46,182 bases of DNA from Poseidonia sp. (lineage in GTDB: Archaea; Thermoplasmatota; Poseidoniia; Poseidoniales; Poseidoniaceae). The notes under the pieces were generated by a model. That model was not told the DNA's origin. It did not search any database and was given only the letters and a program-made list of their open reading frames with translations. The stretch's first letter is position 1. Every line of letters starts with the position of its first letter. Below, piece by piece: positions 26,979 through 36,674 of this stretch. A program made the position numbers and the translations under genes. Location of the stretch: assembly GCA_016779705.1 (NCBI GenBank), contig JADHNB010000003.1, positions 1 through 46,182 on the forward strand, in the 5' to 3' direction.

Positions 26979-28295
26979 ATGGACCAACGAACCGGGGCTT
27001 GGACGCCATCGGAAGAAAACAGGCAACTTGGATTGACGGTCCTTGAAGCGGTCAAATCAAGCGGACGCCTCTATCGAGACGGTCTGGGTATGATCGCTTC
27101 AGAGAACATCGTTTCGCCGTTCGTTCAGGACATCGTGGCCAGCGACCTGCACGGCCGATACGCCGAAGGTCTGCCTGGGAAACGATATTACCAAGGGTGC
27201 GATGATTTTGACACCATTGAATCGCTGGGGATCACGCTAGCAAAAGAGGTGTTTAACGCCCCATTTGCCAACATTCAATCAACTTCAGGTACGGTCTCCA
27301 ACATCGGGGCGCTTAAGGCGCTGGCCAAACCAGGAGATCGAATTACGGCCGTCTCAACCGCCGATGGCGGTCACATCTCGCACGCACGCATGGGCGCCGT
27401 TGGCTTACGAGACTTGGCCTTGACCACCTATCCGTGGGACGAAGCACGTATGGAGCCCGACATTGATGCTGCTTGCGCCATGATTCGTGAAGTGAAGCCC
27501 AAGGTGGCGTTGTTTGGACAATCGGTGTTTTTGTTTCCCACGCCGCTCAAGGAGATGGCTGACGCTGCGAAGGAAGTAGGAGCCGCCGTCATGTATGACG
27601 GTGCCCACGTTTTGGGGCTGATCGCTGGTGGACAATTTCAAGACCCTCTTCGTGAGGGGGCTGATGTGATGACGGGGTCGAGTCACAAGACGTTTCCTGG
27701 CCCACAGGGGGGTTTTTTGCTGTCCTCGTCGGAGGATGAGGCCTACCAGAAGCGCCTCAACACCGCCATGTTTCCTGGGGTGTGTTCTTCCTATCATTTG
27801 CACCATGTGGCCGGCAAGGTCATGGCGCTCGCTGAATTCAAGGAATATGGGGAAGCCTATGCACGAGATACGGTGGCCAACGCTCAAGCCTTTGCCCAAG
27901 CCTTGGCCGCCGAAGGCTTCGACGTGCTCGCTGAGGGGCGAGGCTACACGGCCTCTCATCAAGTGTTGACGCGGCATGGGGCGTTGGACTCAGGTGCGGG
28001 TGCCAAAGCTGCGCATCGATTGGAACAGGCAGGCATCATCACCAACATGAACATGCTTCCCGGGGATACCAAAGCGATGCAACCGTCGGGTCTCAGGTTG
28101 GGTGTCCAAGAACTCACCCGAGTGGGTTTTGACACCGACCTGATGAAGGACGTGGCGAAGTTGTATGCACGAGTGTTGCTTCACGACGAGGACCCCGCTT
28201 CGGTAAAGGCAGATGTTCGAGCGCTTAAAAACGAGCATCATGTCATTCGGTACTGTTTCAACGAAGAAGGTCGCTCGGGCTATCCGGTTGCATGA
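26979..28295 (+). CDS. glyA: Serine hydroxymethyltransferase (archaeal type)
   Basis: IASEN, RYAEGLPGKRYYQGC, GGHISH, YDGAHVLGLIAGG, GSSHKTFPGPQGG, SGLRLG. Confidence 0.97.
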   Translation: MDQRTGAWTPSEENRQLGLTVLEAVKSSGRLYRDGLGMIASENIVSPFVQDIVASDLHGRYAEGLPGKRYYQGCDDFDTIESLGITLAKEVFNAPFANIQSTSGTVSNIGALKALAKPGDRITAVSTADGGHISHARMGAVGLRDLALTTYPWDEARMEPDIDAACAMIREVKPKVALFGQSVFLFPTPLKEMADAAKEVGAAVMYDGAHVLGLIAGGQFQDPLREGADVMTGSSHKTFPGPQGGFLLSSSEDEAYQKRLNTAMFPGVCSSYHLHHVAGKVMALAEFKEYGEAYARDTVANAQAFAQALAAEGFDVLAEGRGYTASHQVLTRHGALDSGAGAKAAHRLEQAGIITNMNMLPGDTKAMQPSGLRLGVQELTRVGFDTDLMKDVAKLYARVLLHDEDPASVKADVRALKNEHHVIRYCFNEEGRSGYPVA

Positions 28296-28307
28296 GTGTT
28301 GGTCTTC

Positions 28308-29327
28308 ATGGAGGAGTTTGAGGACCGCTTTTCGGGGTTCTCGTTTGACGGAGAGGGCGTCATTCTTGATCCCAACGGGCATCGATTGTGCTTGTTTGGA
28401 ATGATGGACTTTGAACGGTTTTGGTCCGCCTTTGATGCCTTCTCGCCAGCCCCCCTCGGGCGAAAATTGCTCTATGCCGCTACGGATGCCGAAGAATCAA
28501 TTCTCTTGAACGGCGGATTTGACACGGGGTCGTGGTTGAAACGGCGGAAATTCGTTCGAAGGCTGGCTGAGCGTAACCTTGTGATGGGTTGGGGTCTGAT
28601 GGGCGGAGGCGCCGTTCGGTTCCCTGCGCACGATGCCGTTTCGGTTGGTGTGGCCTTAGCTCAACACGAGCACATGACCAAGCAACGATGGAAAGTCAAT
28701 TGGGTTCAACAAAACAGCGATTTCATCGCCCTTGAGTTCGTCCTCCAAGAGCGTACCATCACTCCGGCCAGAGCCGTTCAACCGCCCAACTGGGGGGTGG
28801 TGAACGTCGATTCCACCGGTGCAAGTTCCCTGCCCTTTGATGCCGATGTTCGAGACCACGGGTTCTTTTTTGGACAACAGCGGAGTTTTTTTCTTCCCGT
28901 CGCCGTGTTCTACCGACTTTATGCTGAGTTGAACGGGCGACCGCTGAATGTTGGAACAAGTGACGAGGTGTCATTGGAAGTGAATCTCGATGAAGACGCC
29001 CTTCTGTTTCGATGCGTGGTTCTTGCAGCAAAACGGATGTTTGAACAAGGTGATTTTCCGGTTTTCGTCCTTCATAAGGGCGATTGGATGGGTGTGCTTG
29101 AGCAACGAATTTCTAGATTCGGACTGGGTTCCGTGGAGGTTCTTTCTTCGGAAACGGATGGTGATTTTTCAACCTCGTTTCGAATCCATTCTCCGTTACC
29201 GGGCATCACCACCGGACTGGTGTTGGCCATGTGGGAACGTTGCTTTGGTCACCGCGGACACGCAACGGTGGAGATCGGCGAACATTCGGTGGAGATCACG
29301 GTGACAAAACCTGCGCTACATTATTGA
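28308..29327 (+). CDS. Hypothetical protein, possible tandem V4R-like domains
   Basis: Soluble ORF of about 340 aa with two similar halves, each with an R-x-hydrophobic strand, helices and a GWG/GLG turn. Confidence 0.7.
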   Translation: MEEFEDRFSGFSFDGEGVILDPNGHRLCLFGMMDFERFWSAFDAFSPAPLGRKLLYAATDAEESILLNGGFDTGSWLKRRKFVRRLAERNLVMGWGLMGGGAVRFPAHDAVSVGVALAQHEHMTKQRWKVNWVQQNSDFIALEFVLQERTITPARAVQPPNWGVVNVDSTGASSLPFDADVRDHGFFFGQQRSFFLPVAVFYRLYAELNGRPLNVGTSDEVSLEVNLDEDALLFRCVVLAAKRMFEQGDFPVFVLHKGDWMGVLEQRISRFGLGSVEVLSSETDGDFSTSFRIHSPLPGITTGLVLAMWERCFGHRGHATVEIGEHSVEITVTKPALHY

Positions 29328-29441
29328 CAAAAATCCTACCACTCCTCGCTTGTGTGTCATGAAAACCCGCCCATAAAAGGTCAAGGTTCATAACCGAATC
29401 AACGCCTCGTCAAGAATGCACAGATGTGCGGGGAATCGAAC

Positions 29442-32400
29442 ATGAGCCTAAATCACAATCAAATGGCGTATGTAGCAATTGTTTCGACCTTGATTTTTGG
29501 GTCTCTTTTCGTGGGTGTTTCCGGCTTCTTCCAAACCAGCGAAAACATCGGTGGTTTTGACAGCGCCGTTGAGGAAGACATTCGTGGGCAATCCGAGTTG
29601 ATGGAATCGGCCACGGATTCCGATGGCGATGGCCTGTCGGACAAACTCGAGGAAACCCAGTACGGTACGGATCCCGACGACCCCGACACCGATAACGACG
29701 GGTTAAGCGATGGCTGGGAGGTTCAACACGGGCTGAATCCACTGGATAACGGAGAATCCGAGGATCTCGAAGTCGATCCAACCCAAAGCGAAGACACCGA
29801 GGCCGAGGGTCTTGAAAATGAAACCGAATCTTGGCCCGACCCCAGCCAAGGTCCCAACGGAGATCCTGACCGAGATGGACTGACCAATCAGGCAGAAGCC
29901 GAACTCGGCACGGACCCACAACGAGCTGACACCGATAACGACGGCCTCAACGACCGCTGGGAATCCCTCTACACCATGGGCGTTCAAACCCCTGGCGGTG
30001 AGGTGATTCTGTTCAACCCGCTTGACGGCAACTGGGATTGCCTGCTCCTTGACCAAGCCATGGTCGACGCCCTCGAGGCTCGTTTTAACGGCGAGAACGG
30101 GATGGCTGATTGGGATGACCTCGCCTCAAACGGACGTCATTCCTGCGACATGGTGCTTGACACCGATGACGATGGTCTTGCAAACTTCGAGGAGGAAGCG
30201 TTCGGGACCAACCCCACGGCCCGTGACTCTGACAACGACTTGATTGACGATATCGTTGAGGTCGCCAACGAGACCATCGCCCTCTACATGGGCATGGGCG
30301 AACAATGCAACGAAAAATTGCTTGACCCTGTTCCTCGTGTCGGACCTTTCTTTGGCGTTGAACGGAGTTGGTTCATGATGGACATGGACAACGATGGATT
30401 GCTCAATGGACCATCGGACTGGGACACCGACGGCGACGGGATGCCTGATGGCTTTGAGTACTGTTATTCGATACCCGGCATGGCGCCGAACGCCGCCTAT
30501 GTGCTGAACCCTTCAAACGCCTCTGACGGCTACGGCGACTGGGACGAGGACGGCATGAACAACCTTGAGGAGTACCAAGTTGCCCAAATTTTTGGTGAGG
30601 GGAACTTCACTTCACCCTGGCTCGAAGACACCGATCGGGACGACATGCCCGACCAGTGGGAAGCCGCCAACGGACTTCACCCCCGTTCCGCCTTGAATCG
30701 AGACGACGACCCCGACTTTGATGGATGGGACCTTGACGGAGACGGCGATGTCATGTACGACACGTTGGAGAACACAGCCGTCGTGCACACCGTCGATGTC
30801 ACGCTCGGGCAACGGGTCGAAACCAATCAACAAGTGGCTTCGGCTCGAATCACGCTCGCCGGGGGAAACCAACAGGTCATTCCTATGCGGGCCCCCGTTG
30901 ATGGCTATGTGTACGAACTCAACGTCGTGGTTGGTCAATCCGTTGATTCACGATTGTTCAGTTGGATGAACATCGTTGAGGAAGAAGAGCGATTCACCAA
31001 CGTGATGGAGTACAAAGCCAACGACCGAGATCAAGACGGTATCTTGGATGGACGTAGCACGGACCCCCTCAATCCGGATACCGACAACGATGGATTGATC
31101 GACGGCATCGAAGTGATGGGTTGGGAAATCTTGGTCGTCAACCGAGGTGTTCAACCCACTTGGGTGACCTCCGACCCCGGACTTTACGATACGGACGCTG
31201 ACGGCCTATCAGATTTTGAAGAGTTTTCCTCAACCTGTAATCTCGGCGGGTCCAACGCGTCCAATCCCGACACGGACTCAGATGGCTTGACCGACCTCGA
31301 GGAAGCCGGTGATAATTTCATGTGGGAAGGTGAGGCTTACTCCACTTCTCCGTGTATGTTTGATACCGATAACGATGGCCTTGAAGACGGCGAAGAAGTC
31401 ATTGCGGGAGAAGACAATTTCCTCACCCATGCCAACAACTCCGATACGGACGACGACGGCTTGGTCGACGGCCAAGAGGTGCTTTTTGTACCACGTCCGT
31501 TCCAAAATCCCACCAACCCCTTGTTGAACGATACGGATGCTGACGGCATGCTCGACGGATGGGAAATGCAGGTAAAATCCGCTGAGGATAATACAAATTC
31601 ACACAGTCTTTGGGTGGCCACCTCCACGTGGCTTCGCCCCGGGTGTGAGGAGACCCAATCCAGTTCTTGTACCATGCAACCCGGCGGTTATGTCTGGCAG
31701 AACTGGCTCGGTGGCTTTGCATTGGAGCCCAAGTTCGCCGTGAGCGAGATGAACCTCACCGGTTTCCAGATGCCGACCAATCCTCTTTGCAACGGTTGCA
31801 ATGGACGCTGGGCTTTGGACCCCTCCCTTGGCTCATTGAAGGACGACACCTTCGATGTAGACAACGACACGCTCGCAAACGGCATGGAGGCGCCTGACCG
31901 CTGGAACACCAACCCCGTTGACGACGACACGGACGGCGATTTGCTCCCGGACGGCTGGGAGGTTTCGTACTCTCAGCTGGCTTTCGAAAATGGCTTGGCA
32001 ACCAACGAAACCGTTGGCGTATACGGCGCACGTGGTGTGATGGACCCTTCCATGCCTGACAGTGATTTGGACGGTATTGATGATGGTTTTGAGGACCCCG
32101 ATGCCGACGGTTTGAACCGGACCGGGCTCATCAAGCGCTACTGTCCGGGTTACAACGACACCACGAACTCCGAGTGCAACATCGATCCCGATTCCCCCGA
32201 TGGGAAACGCTTCTACGACAATCTTGAGAACTACACCAACTACGAAGAGATGCAAAACGGTACCAATCCAATCTCGAACGACACGGACGGCGATGATTGG
32301 AACGACGGTCCAGAAGTGTACTATCAAGACCATGATGGCGACGGTATGGCCACCGGTTGGGAATATCACTTCCAGTTTGATCCCTATGACGGTGCTGACC

Positions 32401-32522
32401 GTATGGTTGACACCGACGGTGATGGCCACGTCAACTTCTGTGAGTACAAGTGGGACACCAACCCAAGAAACCCCGTCTCTTACCCAGGTCAAGGTGAATT
32501 GTGCGATCCATTTAGTGACTGA
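29442..32522 (+). CDS. Large membrane-anchored surface protein with Asp-rich Ca-binding (TSP3-like) repeats
   Basis: N-terminal TM helix; many DTDxDGLxDxxE...GTxP repeats; very acidic; start 29424 or 29442. Confidence 0.88.
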   Translation: MSLNHNQMAYVAIVSTLIFGSLFVGVSGFFQTSENIGGFDSAVEEDIRGQSELMESATDSDGDGLSDKLEETQYGTDPDDPDTDNDGLSDGWEVQHGLNPLDNGESEDLEVDPTQSEDTEAEGLENETESWPDPSQGPNGDPDRDGLTNQAEAELGTDPQRADTDNDGLNDRWESLYTMGVQTPGGEVILFNPLDGNWDCLLLDQAMVDALEARFNGENGMADWDDLASNGRHSCDMVLDTDDDGLANFEEEAFGTNPTARDSDNDLIDDIVEVANETIALYMGMGEQCNEKLLDPVPRVGPFFGVERSWFMMDMDNDGLLNGPSDWDTDGDGMPDGFEYCYSIPGMAPNAAYVLNPSNASDGYGDWDEDGMNNLEEYQVAQIFGEGNFTSPWLEDTDRDDMPDQWEAANGLHPRSALNRDDDPDFDGWDLDGDGDVMYDTLENTAVVHTVDVTLGQRVETNQQVASARITLAGGNQQVIPMRAPVDGYVYELNVVVGQSVDSRLFSWMNIVEEEERFTNVMEYKANDRDQDGILDGRSTDPLNPDTDNDGLIDGIEVMGWEILVVNRGVQPTWVTSDPGLYDTDADGLSDFEEFSSTCNLGGSNASNPDTDSDGLTDLEEAGDNFMWEGEAYSTSPCMFDTDNDGLEDGEEVIAGEDNFLTHANNSDTDDDGLVDGQEVLFVPRPFQNPTNPLLNDTDADGMLDGWEMQVKSAEDNTNSHSLWVATSTWLRPGCEETQSSSCTMQPGGYVWQNWLGGFALEPKFAVSEMNLTGFQMPTNPLCNGCNGRWALDPSLGSLKDDTFDVDNDTLANGMEAPDRWNTNPVDDDTDGDLLPDGWEVSYSQLAFENGLATNETVGVYGARGVMDPSMPDSDLDGIDDGFEDPDADGLNRTGLIKRYCPGYNDTTNSECNIDPDSPDGKRFYDNLENYTNYEEMQNGTNPISNDTDGDDWNDGPEVYYQDHDGDGMATGWEYHFQFDPYDGADRMVDTDGDGHVNFCEYKWDTNPRNPVSYPGQGELCDPFSD

Positions 32523-32537
32523 GGTCCCTGAGTTTCC

Positions 32538-34097
32538 ATGATGTCACCTTCTCGTTGTGGTCGGATGGTCATCGCCCTGGCGATGATGTGTATTCTAACA
32601 GGAGCAAGCGCCCCTGGAGCATCGGCCTCCCACGTGACTGTTGAATCGTCCTCAATGGTGGTATCGGTGGACCAACCCTCAGGAGTGATGTTCACGGACG
32701 CCGTCAACCTGAGCGGTACCTCAACCCAACCCTTGCGAAACACCAGTTGGACCATCGTGAACATCAGTGGGTCAACTCCCATCACGGTTCTCAGTGGACC
32801 TTACCTGACTTCGGTGGTTCCGTTAGCCGACGGTGTGTATCGTTGGACACTTCTTGTTGACTTACAAGGCGTTGATTGTACCTGCTATGTTGAATTGTCG
32901 ACGATTGATGAGCAACATCGTCCCTTCTCGGTCCACCATGTGGTGTACGTCGGGGATGACCATCAGCGACCGGTGCTCGGGGTTGACAACCCACAATCGT
33001 ACAACACCCCTCATCTCAGCGGTGAACCCTTCATGTTACAACCCTCCACGACCGTGGAATTGAAGTTGATACAGCCCTCTTTGGATTCCACCAACATCTC
33101 CGTCTTTGGTCAGTTGTGTGAAGCACCGTTTGAGGTATGTTTAGGCCCTCCATTCTCGGTGAGTATCCCCCATCGACTAAACAATCAATCCTTGTATCTT
33201 GATCTCGACGCCAACCAATTGGCCCTTAATGAGGGAATTTGGCGCCTTACGGTCCATGTCACTGATGAATTGCTTCGGTCATCTCACCGAATTTCGCTTC
33301 CGTTGGTTCATGACACCACGCCGCCAGAAACCAGTCTCAACGTCCCGGTTTTGGTTCAAGAGGGGGAGGTTTTCCTCGTCTTTGCAGAGGTTGACGATGG
33401 CTACGAGGGCTCGATTTCAACCTTGACATGGTTTGTGGTTGATAACGAAGGTGTCACAAGGTCCCCCACTGTGGCCGAGCGGTTGAGTGAACATCAACTC
33501 AGCCTGAACCTCACTCGGGCGGGCACGTACACCCTCGAACTCACCGTTCGTGACCATGCTGGAAATACGGCGAGGGTTTCCCAACAAGTGATGGTTGAGA
33601 ATCTCAAACCCATCGCTCGTATCTCAGTGGACGGACTCACGGTGGCCCCTTCCAACACCGTTAAACTCGGACCTGGTGATAACTGGTCATTAAGTGGAAC
33701 CATGAGTCAAGACAACGAACCCATCGAATATCTTTGGGTGATTAACGAGGCCACCTCCATCCGAGGGGTACCGTCGTTAACCCAAACGGATTTTTCCGGC
33801 ACAGGCCTTCATACGGTTGAGTTGATTGTGTTCGATGACGATGGTGCTACCGATGCGCAAGTCATCGAAGTCATGATTCTCAAGCCTCCCCAGGAAGAGG
33901 TGGCTGGCACTTCACCCCTCGCGATGACGGTGCTTGGCTTGCTTATTCTCGTGGCCCTCGCAGCCCTTCCATTCATCAAGCGCCAACGCCCCACTGAAAG
34001 TGATTTACCGAGGTGGCAACCCAGTGCCAAAGCTGACGCTATGTTTGCCGCCTCTCGGGCAGGCTTTGATGCAACGGTTGAAGAAGATGAACCATGA
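32538..34097 (+). CDS. Secreted/cell-surface protein with Ig-like/PKD domains and C-terminal TM anchor
   Basis: Signal peptide, DTTPP, GTYTLELTVRDHAGN, GLHTVELIVFDDDG PKD-type motifs, C-terminal TM followed by KRQR. Confidence 0.82.
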   Translation: MMSPSRCGRMVIALAMMCILTGASAPGASASHVTVESSSMVVSVDQPSGVMFTDAVNLSGTSTQPLRNTSWTIVNISGSTPITVLSGPYLTSVVPLADGVYRWTLLVDLQGVDCTCYVELSTIDEQHRPFSVHHVVYVGDDHQRPVLGVDNPQSYNTPHLSGEPFMLQPSTTVELKLIQPSLDSTNISVFGQLCEAPFEVCLGPPFSVSIPHRLNNQSLYLDLDANQLALNEGIWRLTVHVTDELLRSSHRISLPLVHDTTPPETSLNVPVLVQEGEVFLVFAEVDDGYEGSISTLTWFVVDNEGVTRSPTVAERLSEHQLSLNLTRAGTYTLELTVRDHAGNTARVSQQVMVENLKPIARISVDGLTVAPSNTVKLGPGDNWSLSGTMSQDNEPIEYLWVINEATSIRGVPSLTQTDFSGTGLHTVELIVFDDDGATDAQVIEVMILKPPQEEVAGTSPLAMTVLGLLILVALAALPFIKRQRPTESDLPRWQPSAKADAMFAASRAGFDATVEEDEP

Positions 34098-34106
34098 GGA
34101 TAAGGC

Positions 34107-35480
34107 ATGTTCGCCGAAGCCGTCGCTAAGTTGCCTCCACAACCAGCGCCGACCTCCATCAGCGAATTTAGAGAGCGTCAGGAACGTTTAACATCGCAGT
34201 TTCGTAACGACGATGTCTTCATTTTGGCCTCTCCCCCCTTTGCTGTTCATTCCAACGATGTCGAATATCGGTACCGTACCTCAAGCGATCTCCTTTACCT
34301 CACGGGCTGGAGTGAACCGGAGTCCGTTTTTGTCCTCCGTTATGACCAGGGTTCGTGGGTTTCAACGCTGTTTGTCCAACCACAAGACACGTTGAAAGAA
34401 ATTTGGGAAGGTCGCCGACCAGGGACGGACGGAGCCCTTGCCGACCATGCCGTCGACGAGGCATACAACAACGACGAATTGTCGGTTCGCTTGTCAGAAT
34501 GGTTGAACGACACCAAGCGCGTTTTCTTGCGAGGCGGCGCCAATGCAGAAGTTGACGATATGGTGGAACGTGCCATTCGGAAACGGGACCGGGCTCGCCA
34601 ACACTTTGGCAGCGGACCGGTGTCCCTTGAGGACCCGTCCGGATTACTGGCCGAGTTGCGACTGCGCAAATCCGCTTCCGAAATTGAGCAAATGGTCTAC
34701 GCAAGCAAGGTAGCCAGTTTGGCGCATGAATTGGCCATGCGTCACAGTCGAGAAGGCGTCACCGAGTATCAACTGCAATCGATCATTGAGGCGTTCTTTT
34801 CCTATGCAGGGACGTCAGGTTGGTCCTACCCCTCCATTGTTGGTTGCGGTGAAAACGCTACCATTCTCCACTACACCACCAACCAAGACACGTGCAATTT
34901 CGATGAGGTTGTGCTCATTGATGCTGGAGCAGAATATCGGGGCTACGCCAGCGACATCACACGCTCATGGCCGATTTCAGGGACCTTTTCGGAGGCGCAA
35001 CGAGAAATTTACGAAATTGTGCTTCGCGCTCAACTGGCGGCCATCGATGCTTGCCAAGTCGGTGCGCCATACACTGCGCCACACGAGGTGGCTCGGCGGG
35101 TGCTTGCGGAAGGTCTGATCGAACTCGGTGTGATTCAACAGACGGTGGATGAAGCCCTGGACATGGAAACTGGAGAATTGCGTCGGTGGTACATGCACAA
35201 CACGAGTCATTGGATTGGTCTGGATGTCCACGACGCGGGCGTCTACAAACCCGGCGGTACCCCCCGGCTCCTCGAGCCAGGGATGTGCCTCACCATTGAG
35301 CCTGGTCTGTATTTCGGTGCTTGGAGGCCGGATGTGGAATGCCCTGAACGTTATGCAAACATCGGCATTCGAATCGAAGACGATGTGCTGATCAGCACGC
35401 AGGGGCCAGTCGTTCTCACCGAAGATTGCCCGAAATCCATTGAAGACATCGAAAGCATTGTCGGCGTATCCTTCGGCTGA
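34107..35480 (+). CDS. pepP: Xaa-Pro aminopeptidase (M24B)
   Basis: NDVEYRYR..SDLLYLTG, EIWEGRR, LHY, LIDAGAE, YASDITR, HWIGLDVHD, TIEPGLY, GIRIEDDV. Confidence 0.95.
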   Translation: MFAEAVAKLPPQPAPTSISEFRERQERLTSQFRNDDVFILASPPFAVHSNDVEYRYRTSSDLLYLTGWSEPESVFVLRYDQGSWVSTLFVQPQDTLKEIWEGRRPGTDGALADHAVDEAYNNDELSVRLSEWLNDTKRVFLRGGANAEVDDMVERAIRKRDRARQHFGSGPVSLEDPSGLLAELRLRKSASEIEQMVYASKVASLAHELAMRHSREGVTEYQLQSIIEAFFSYAGTSGWSYPSIVGCGENATILHYTTNQDTCNFDEVVLIDAGAEYRGYASDITRSWPISGTFSEAQREIYEIVLRAQLAAIDACQVGAPYTAPHEVARRVLAEGLIELGVIQQTVDEALDMETGELRRWYMHNTSHWIGLDVHDAGVYKPGGTPRLLEPGMCLTIEPGLYFGAWRPDVECPERYANIGIRIEDDVLISTQGPVVLTEDCPKSIEDIESIVGVSFG

Positions 35481-35489
35481 GTTGAGCCC

Positions 35490-36674
35490 ATGTCCTGGCA
35501 GTCCATCCTTGAACGTCAAGCGTCTTGGTCACAGGCCACGGCCGCTTCCCTGCGCTTGACGGTGGATGAGGCGGTGGTGCTCTACGATGAGGCACCCCTT
35601 CATGCGTTGATGCAGGCGGCCCATCAGCGGCGAATGCAGATGGTTCCAGGTGGATACGTGACCTATTTGGTGGATCGAAACATCAATTACACCAATGTTT
35701 GTACCATCAACTGCCAGTTCTGTTCGTTTTACCGCCCCCCTGGTCATGACGAGACCTACACTCAAACCTACGAAGAGATTTCCAATCGAGTGCGAGAATT
35801 GGAGGCCATCGGTGGTTCTCGAATTCTTATGCAAGGAGGGGTGAATCCCGCCTTGCCCATCACATGGTACCTTGACCTGCTTCGGTACCTTCGTCAACAT
35901 CATCCCTCCATTGCGCTGGACTGTTTCAGTCCCATTGAAATTGAAGGGGTCGCCGAGGTGTGTGGATTAACGACGCTTGAAGTGCTCTCGAGTTTCAAGG
36001 AATCTGGCATGCACGGGTTGCCCGGCGGAGGCGCTGAGATGCTGGTTGAGTCGGTGAGAAAGGATGTTTCTCCCAAAAAAGGGTCGCCCACCAATTGGCT
36101 CAAGGTGATGGAAGAAGCACAATCCTTGGGGTTAACCACGAGTGCCACGAACGTCATCGGCTTTGGTGAAAGCAACGGGGATCGCATTGAACACATGAAC
36201 CAACTTCGCATGTTGCAGGAACGCTCCCTTAACAACCACGGAAACGGTTTCACCTCGTTTATCGCTTGGCCCGTTCAATTGGAAGTCAACTCCTTTGGCC
36301 GCCGAAATCGAGGACAGAACAAGCATGAACTGGGTGCTGGTTCCTCCGAATACCTCCGTCATGTGGCTGTGGCTCGTTTGTTTTTTGACAACATTGACCA
36401 CATCCAAGCCTCTTGGCCCACGATGGGACTTCCCATCGCTCAAATGGCGCTCTTGGGAGGGGCTGACGATGCCGGTTCCACCATGATGGAAGAAAACGTT
36501 GTTTCCGCGTCCGGTACCACAAAAGTTGAAGCCCAGGAAGCCGAACTTCAGTTGGCCATTTCCAGAGCAGGGTTTGTGCCCAAGCGGCGAAACAGTGACT
36601 ACGAACTTCTTGAGACTGAACTCAACACGGCATCCGTTTCTCAACCGGTTGCGCCAACCCCTATGCAGTCGTAG
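35490..36674 (+). CDS. mqnC: Radical SAM protein of the CofH/MqnC family, most like cyclic dehypoxanthine futalosine synthase
   Basis: DRNINYTNVCTINCQFCSFYR (CxxxCxxC), LMQGGVNP, PGGGAE, HIQASW, GADDAGSTMMEENVV. Confidence 0.82.
   Translation: MSWQSILERQASWSQATAASLRLTVDEAVVLYDEAPLHALMQAAHQRRMQMVPGGYVTYLVDRNINYTNVCTINCQFCSFYRPPGHDETYTQTYEEISNRVRELEAIGGSRILMQGGVNPALPITWYLDLLRYLRQHHPSIALDCFSPIEIEGVAEVCGLTTLEVLSSFKESGMHGLPGGGAEMLVESVRKDVSPKKGSPTNWLKVMEEAQSLGLTTSATNVIGFGESNGDRIEHMNQLRMLQERSLNNHGNGFTSFIAWPVQLEVNSFGRRNRGQNKHELGAGSSEYLRHVAVARLFFDNIDHIQASWPTMGLPIAQMALLGGADDAGSTMMEENVVSASGTTKVEAQEAELQLAISRAGFVPKRRNSDYELLETELNTASVSQPVAPTPMQS

Noticed and set aside
29600..32480. Repetitive GAC/GAT-rich DNA suggesting a tandem array or CRISPR
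   Set aside because: Degenerate protein-level Asp-rich repeats inside a CDS; no identical repeats with unique spacers (the same applies to 38250-38990)
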